Shown: positions 62,668 to 64,000 of the stretch, in pieces
How the letters are laid out: every line of letters begins with the position of its first letter
How positions within the stretch are numbered: the first letter of the stretch is position 1
Assembly (NCBI GenBank): GCA_964552565.1
Contig: CAZKGL010000001.1
Location: 307,061-371,060, forward strand
Origin: an uncultured Gammaproteobacteria bacterium
GTDB lineage: Bacteria > Patescibacteriota > Patescibacteriia > UBA9934
Length of the DNA: 64,000 bases
Reading direction: 5' to 3'
Made by a program: the position numbers and the translations under genes
The notes under the pieces: generated by a model
Database searches by the model: none
The model's input: the letters and a program-made list of their open reading frames with translations, nothing else
Told to the model about the DNA's origin: nothing

Positions 62668-63930
62668 TTAGTATTTCGGCGTCAGCACCGACTTGCCCAT
62701 GGAGGCCTGGAGTACGTCCGGGACGCGCACGGAGCCGTCGGCCTCCTGGTAGTTTTCGAGGATCGCGGCGATCGGGCGGCCCGAGAACGCGGTCCCGTTC
62801 ACCGTGTGCACGAACGCCACGCCCTCTTCGGTGCGGTAGCGCGTGTTGAGGCGGCGTGCCTGGAAGTCAGTGCAGTTGCTCGTCGAATGCGTTTCGCGGT
62901 AGCGCTCCTGTGCCGGGAACCACGCCTCGATGTCCCATTTCTTCGCCGCCGGGAGCCCGAGGTCGCCGGAGACGATGTCGAGCACGTGGTACGGGAGCCC
63001 GAGCGCTTGCATGAGCTCTTCTTCGATCGCGAGCATCATCGCGTGCTCGTCCGCAGACTGTTCTGGCGTGCAGAAGCTGAACATCTCGACCTTGGTGAAC
63101 TGGTGGAGGCGAATGATGCCCTTCGTGTCCTTGCCGTAGCTGCCGGACTCGCGGCGGTAGCACGGCGAGATGCCGACGTAGCGCAACGGCAGGCTGCCCG
63201 CATCCAGGATTTCGTCCGTGTGCATTGGTCCGATCGCCTGTTCCGACGTGCCGATGAGGTAGAGGTTGTCTTTTGCAAGGTAGTAAATTTCGTCGTGGCC
63301 GCCGTGCTCGAGGTAGCCCATGGCGCGCATCGCTTTTGCGCTGACGAGGTGCGGCACCGTCACCGGGACGAACCCGTGCTTCACTGCAGTTTTTACCGCG
63401 AGGTCGATGAGCGCAAGTTCGAGCAGCGCCCCGTCGCCGACGAAATAGGTGAACCGGGAGCCGCTGACCTTTGCCGCGCGCGCGGTGTCGATGATGCCGA
63501 GGGATTCGCCGAGCGACAGGTGATCTTTTGGCGTGAAATCGAATTTCCGCGGCTCGCCGACGGTACGGATGGCGACGTTTTCTTCGTCGGTTTTCCCGAT
63601 ACGGACGTCCGGCAACGGCGCGTTGGGGATTTTGTACAGCAACTCCGTCAGCTCTTCCTCGAGCGGCGCAAACTCCGCCTGCAGCTGTTCGGCGCGCCGG
63701 TCGAGCGGGCGCATCTCTTCGATGAGCGCCTTTCGCTCCTCGGGGCTGGCTTTCGCGATGCGCTTCGACGCCTCGTTTTTTTGCGCGGCGATCGCTTCGA
63801 TCTCGCCCTTCAGGCCGCGCACGCGGCGGTCGAGGTCGAGGATGCGGTCGATATCGACCTCCACGTTTTTCGCTTTCGCGGCGTCGCGGATAAGGTTCGG
63901 AGTTTCTCGCAAGACTTTCAGGTCGATCAT
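62668..63930 (-). CDS. serS: Seryl-tRNA synthetase
   Basis: N-terminal coiled coil, then the class II core (motif 2 FRRESGSYGKDTKGIIRLHQF, motif 3 GRPIAAILENYQ). Confidence 0.9.
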   Translation of the reverse strand: MIDLKVLRETPNLIRDAAKAKNVEVDIDRILDLDRRVRGLKGEIEAIAAQKNEASKRIAKASPEERKALIEEMRPLDRRAEQLQAEFAPLEEELTELLYKIPNAPLPDVRIGKTDEENVAIRTVGEPRKFDFTPKDHLSLGESLGIIDTARAAKVSGSRFTYFVGDGALLELALIDLAVKTAVKHGFVPVTVPHLVSAKAMRAMGYLEHGGHDEIYYLAKDNLYLIGTSEQAIGPMHTDEILDAGSLPLRYVGISPCYRRESGSYGKDTKGIIRLHQFTKVEMFSFCTPEQSADEHAMMLAIEEELMQALGLPYHVLDIVSGDLGLPAAKKWDIEAWFPAQERYRETHSTSNCTDFQARRLNTRYRTEEGVAFVHTVNGTAFSGRPIAAILENYQEADGSVRVPDVLQASMGKSVLTPKY

Positions 63931-64000
63931 ATGTGCGGGGTGCGCCGGAGTGACGACTTATATGTTTCGGGTTCGTGGGCGGCGGCGACGATGATGTTCG

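Noticed and set aside
1-64000. CRISPR arrays, rRNA genes, transposases, integrases or phage structural genes
   Set aside because: No regularly spaced direct repeats with unique spacers. No 16S/23S/5S-like conserved stretches. No ORF with DDE or tyrosine/serine recombinase motifs was seen.

Overview
This is a high-GC (~65%), gene-dense bacterial window with a reduced-genome look. Most core genes lack Shine-Dalgarno sequences, AlaRS is truncated, RpoA has no alpha-CTD and PriA is degenerate. That is consistent with, but does not prove, a Patescibacteria/CPR-like organism. The core content I can support from sequence is:
- The 3' end of cysS.
- A TraD/VirD4-like coupling ATPase, dnaX, a riboflavin kinase and ribH.
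- A dihydrouridine synthase, a beta-CASP MBL ribonuclease, a MutY-like glycosylase and a thioredoxin.
- era, an RlmD-family methyltransferase and a SpoU methyltransferase.
- GT2, corA, a PduL-like acyltransferase, a CARDB/TSP3 secreted protein, murJ and a DUF218 gene.
- The infA-rpmJ-rpsM-rpsK-rpsD-rpoA-rplQ-rplM-rpsI block, followed by a doc toxin/antitoxin pair and an MFS transporter.
- A glycan cluster: Wzx flippase, GT4, two GT2, an O-antigen-ligase-like gene and an MsbA-like ABC exporter.
- fmt-def-priA, a LigB/MEMO-like protein, a desaturase-like protein and clpB with a perfect CIRCE operator.
- gltX, an M23 peptidase, a trypsin-like secreted protease, bcp, ftsQ, alr and serS.
- Three tRNAs: Gln-CUG, Arg-CCG, and an atypical Ala-like tRNA whose anticodon I read as UGA.

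The most unusual region is 22.9-26.7 kb. It is a tandem array of about 11 small (53-139 aa) membrane-protein genes. Each has a strong GGAGG ribosome-binding site and a modular, repeated hairpin leader joined at a conserved CCGGCCGAA motif. It resembles a cassette or immunity-island-like array, and I do not recognise it as a described system.

Other repeat families found:
- A ~95-nt long-hairpin interspersed element in four copies, with compensatory base changes between copies.
- A (CCACCATC)n-type 30-nt element inserted in-frame, in different reading frames, into dnaX, a GT4 gene and fmt.
- A ~39-nt palindromic element in two copies.
- Three near-identical terminator hairpins bracketing the doc-MFS segment and a low-GC (~43%) 260-bp gene.

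I saw no rRNA, no CRISPR array, and no transposase or integrase.
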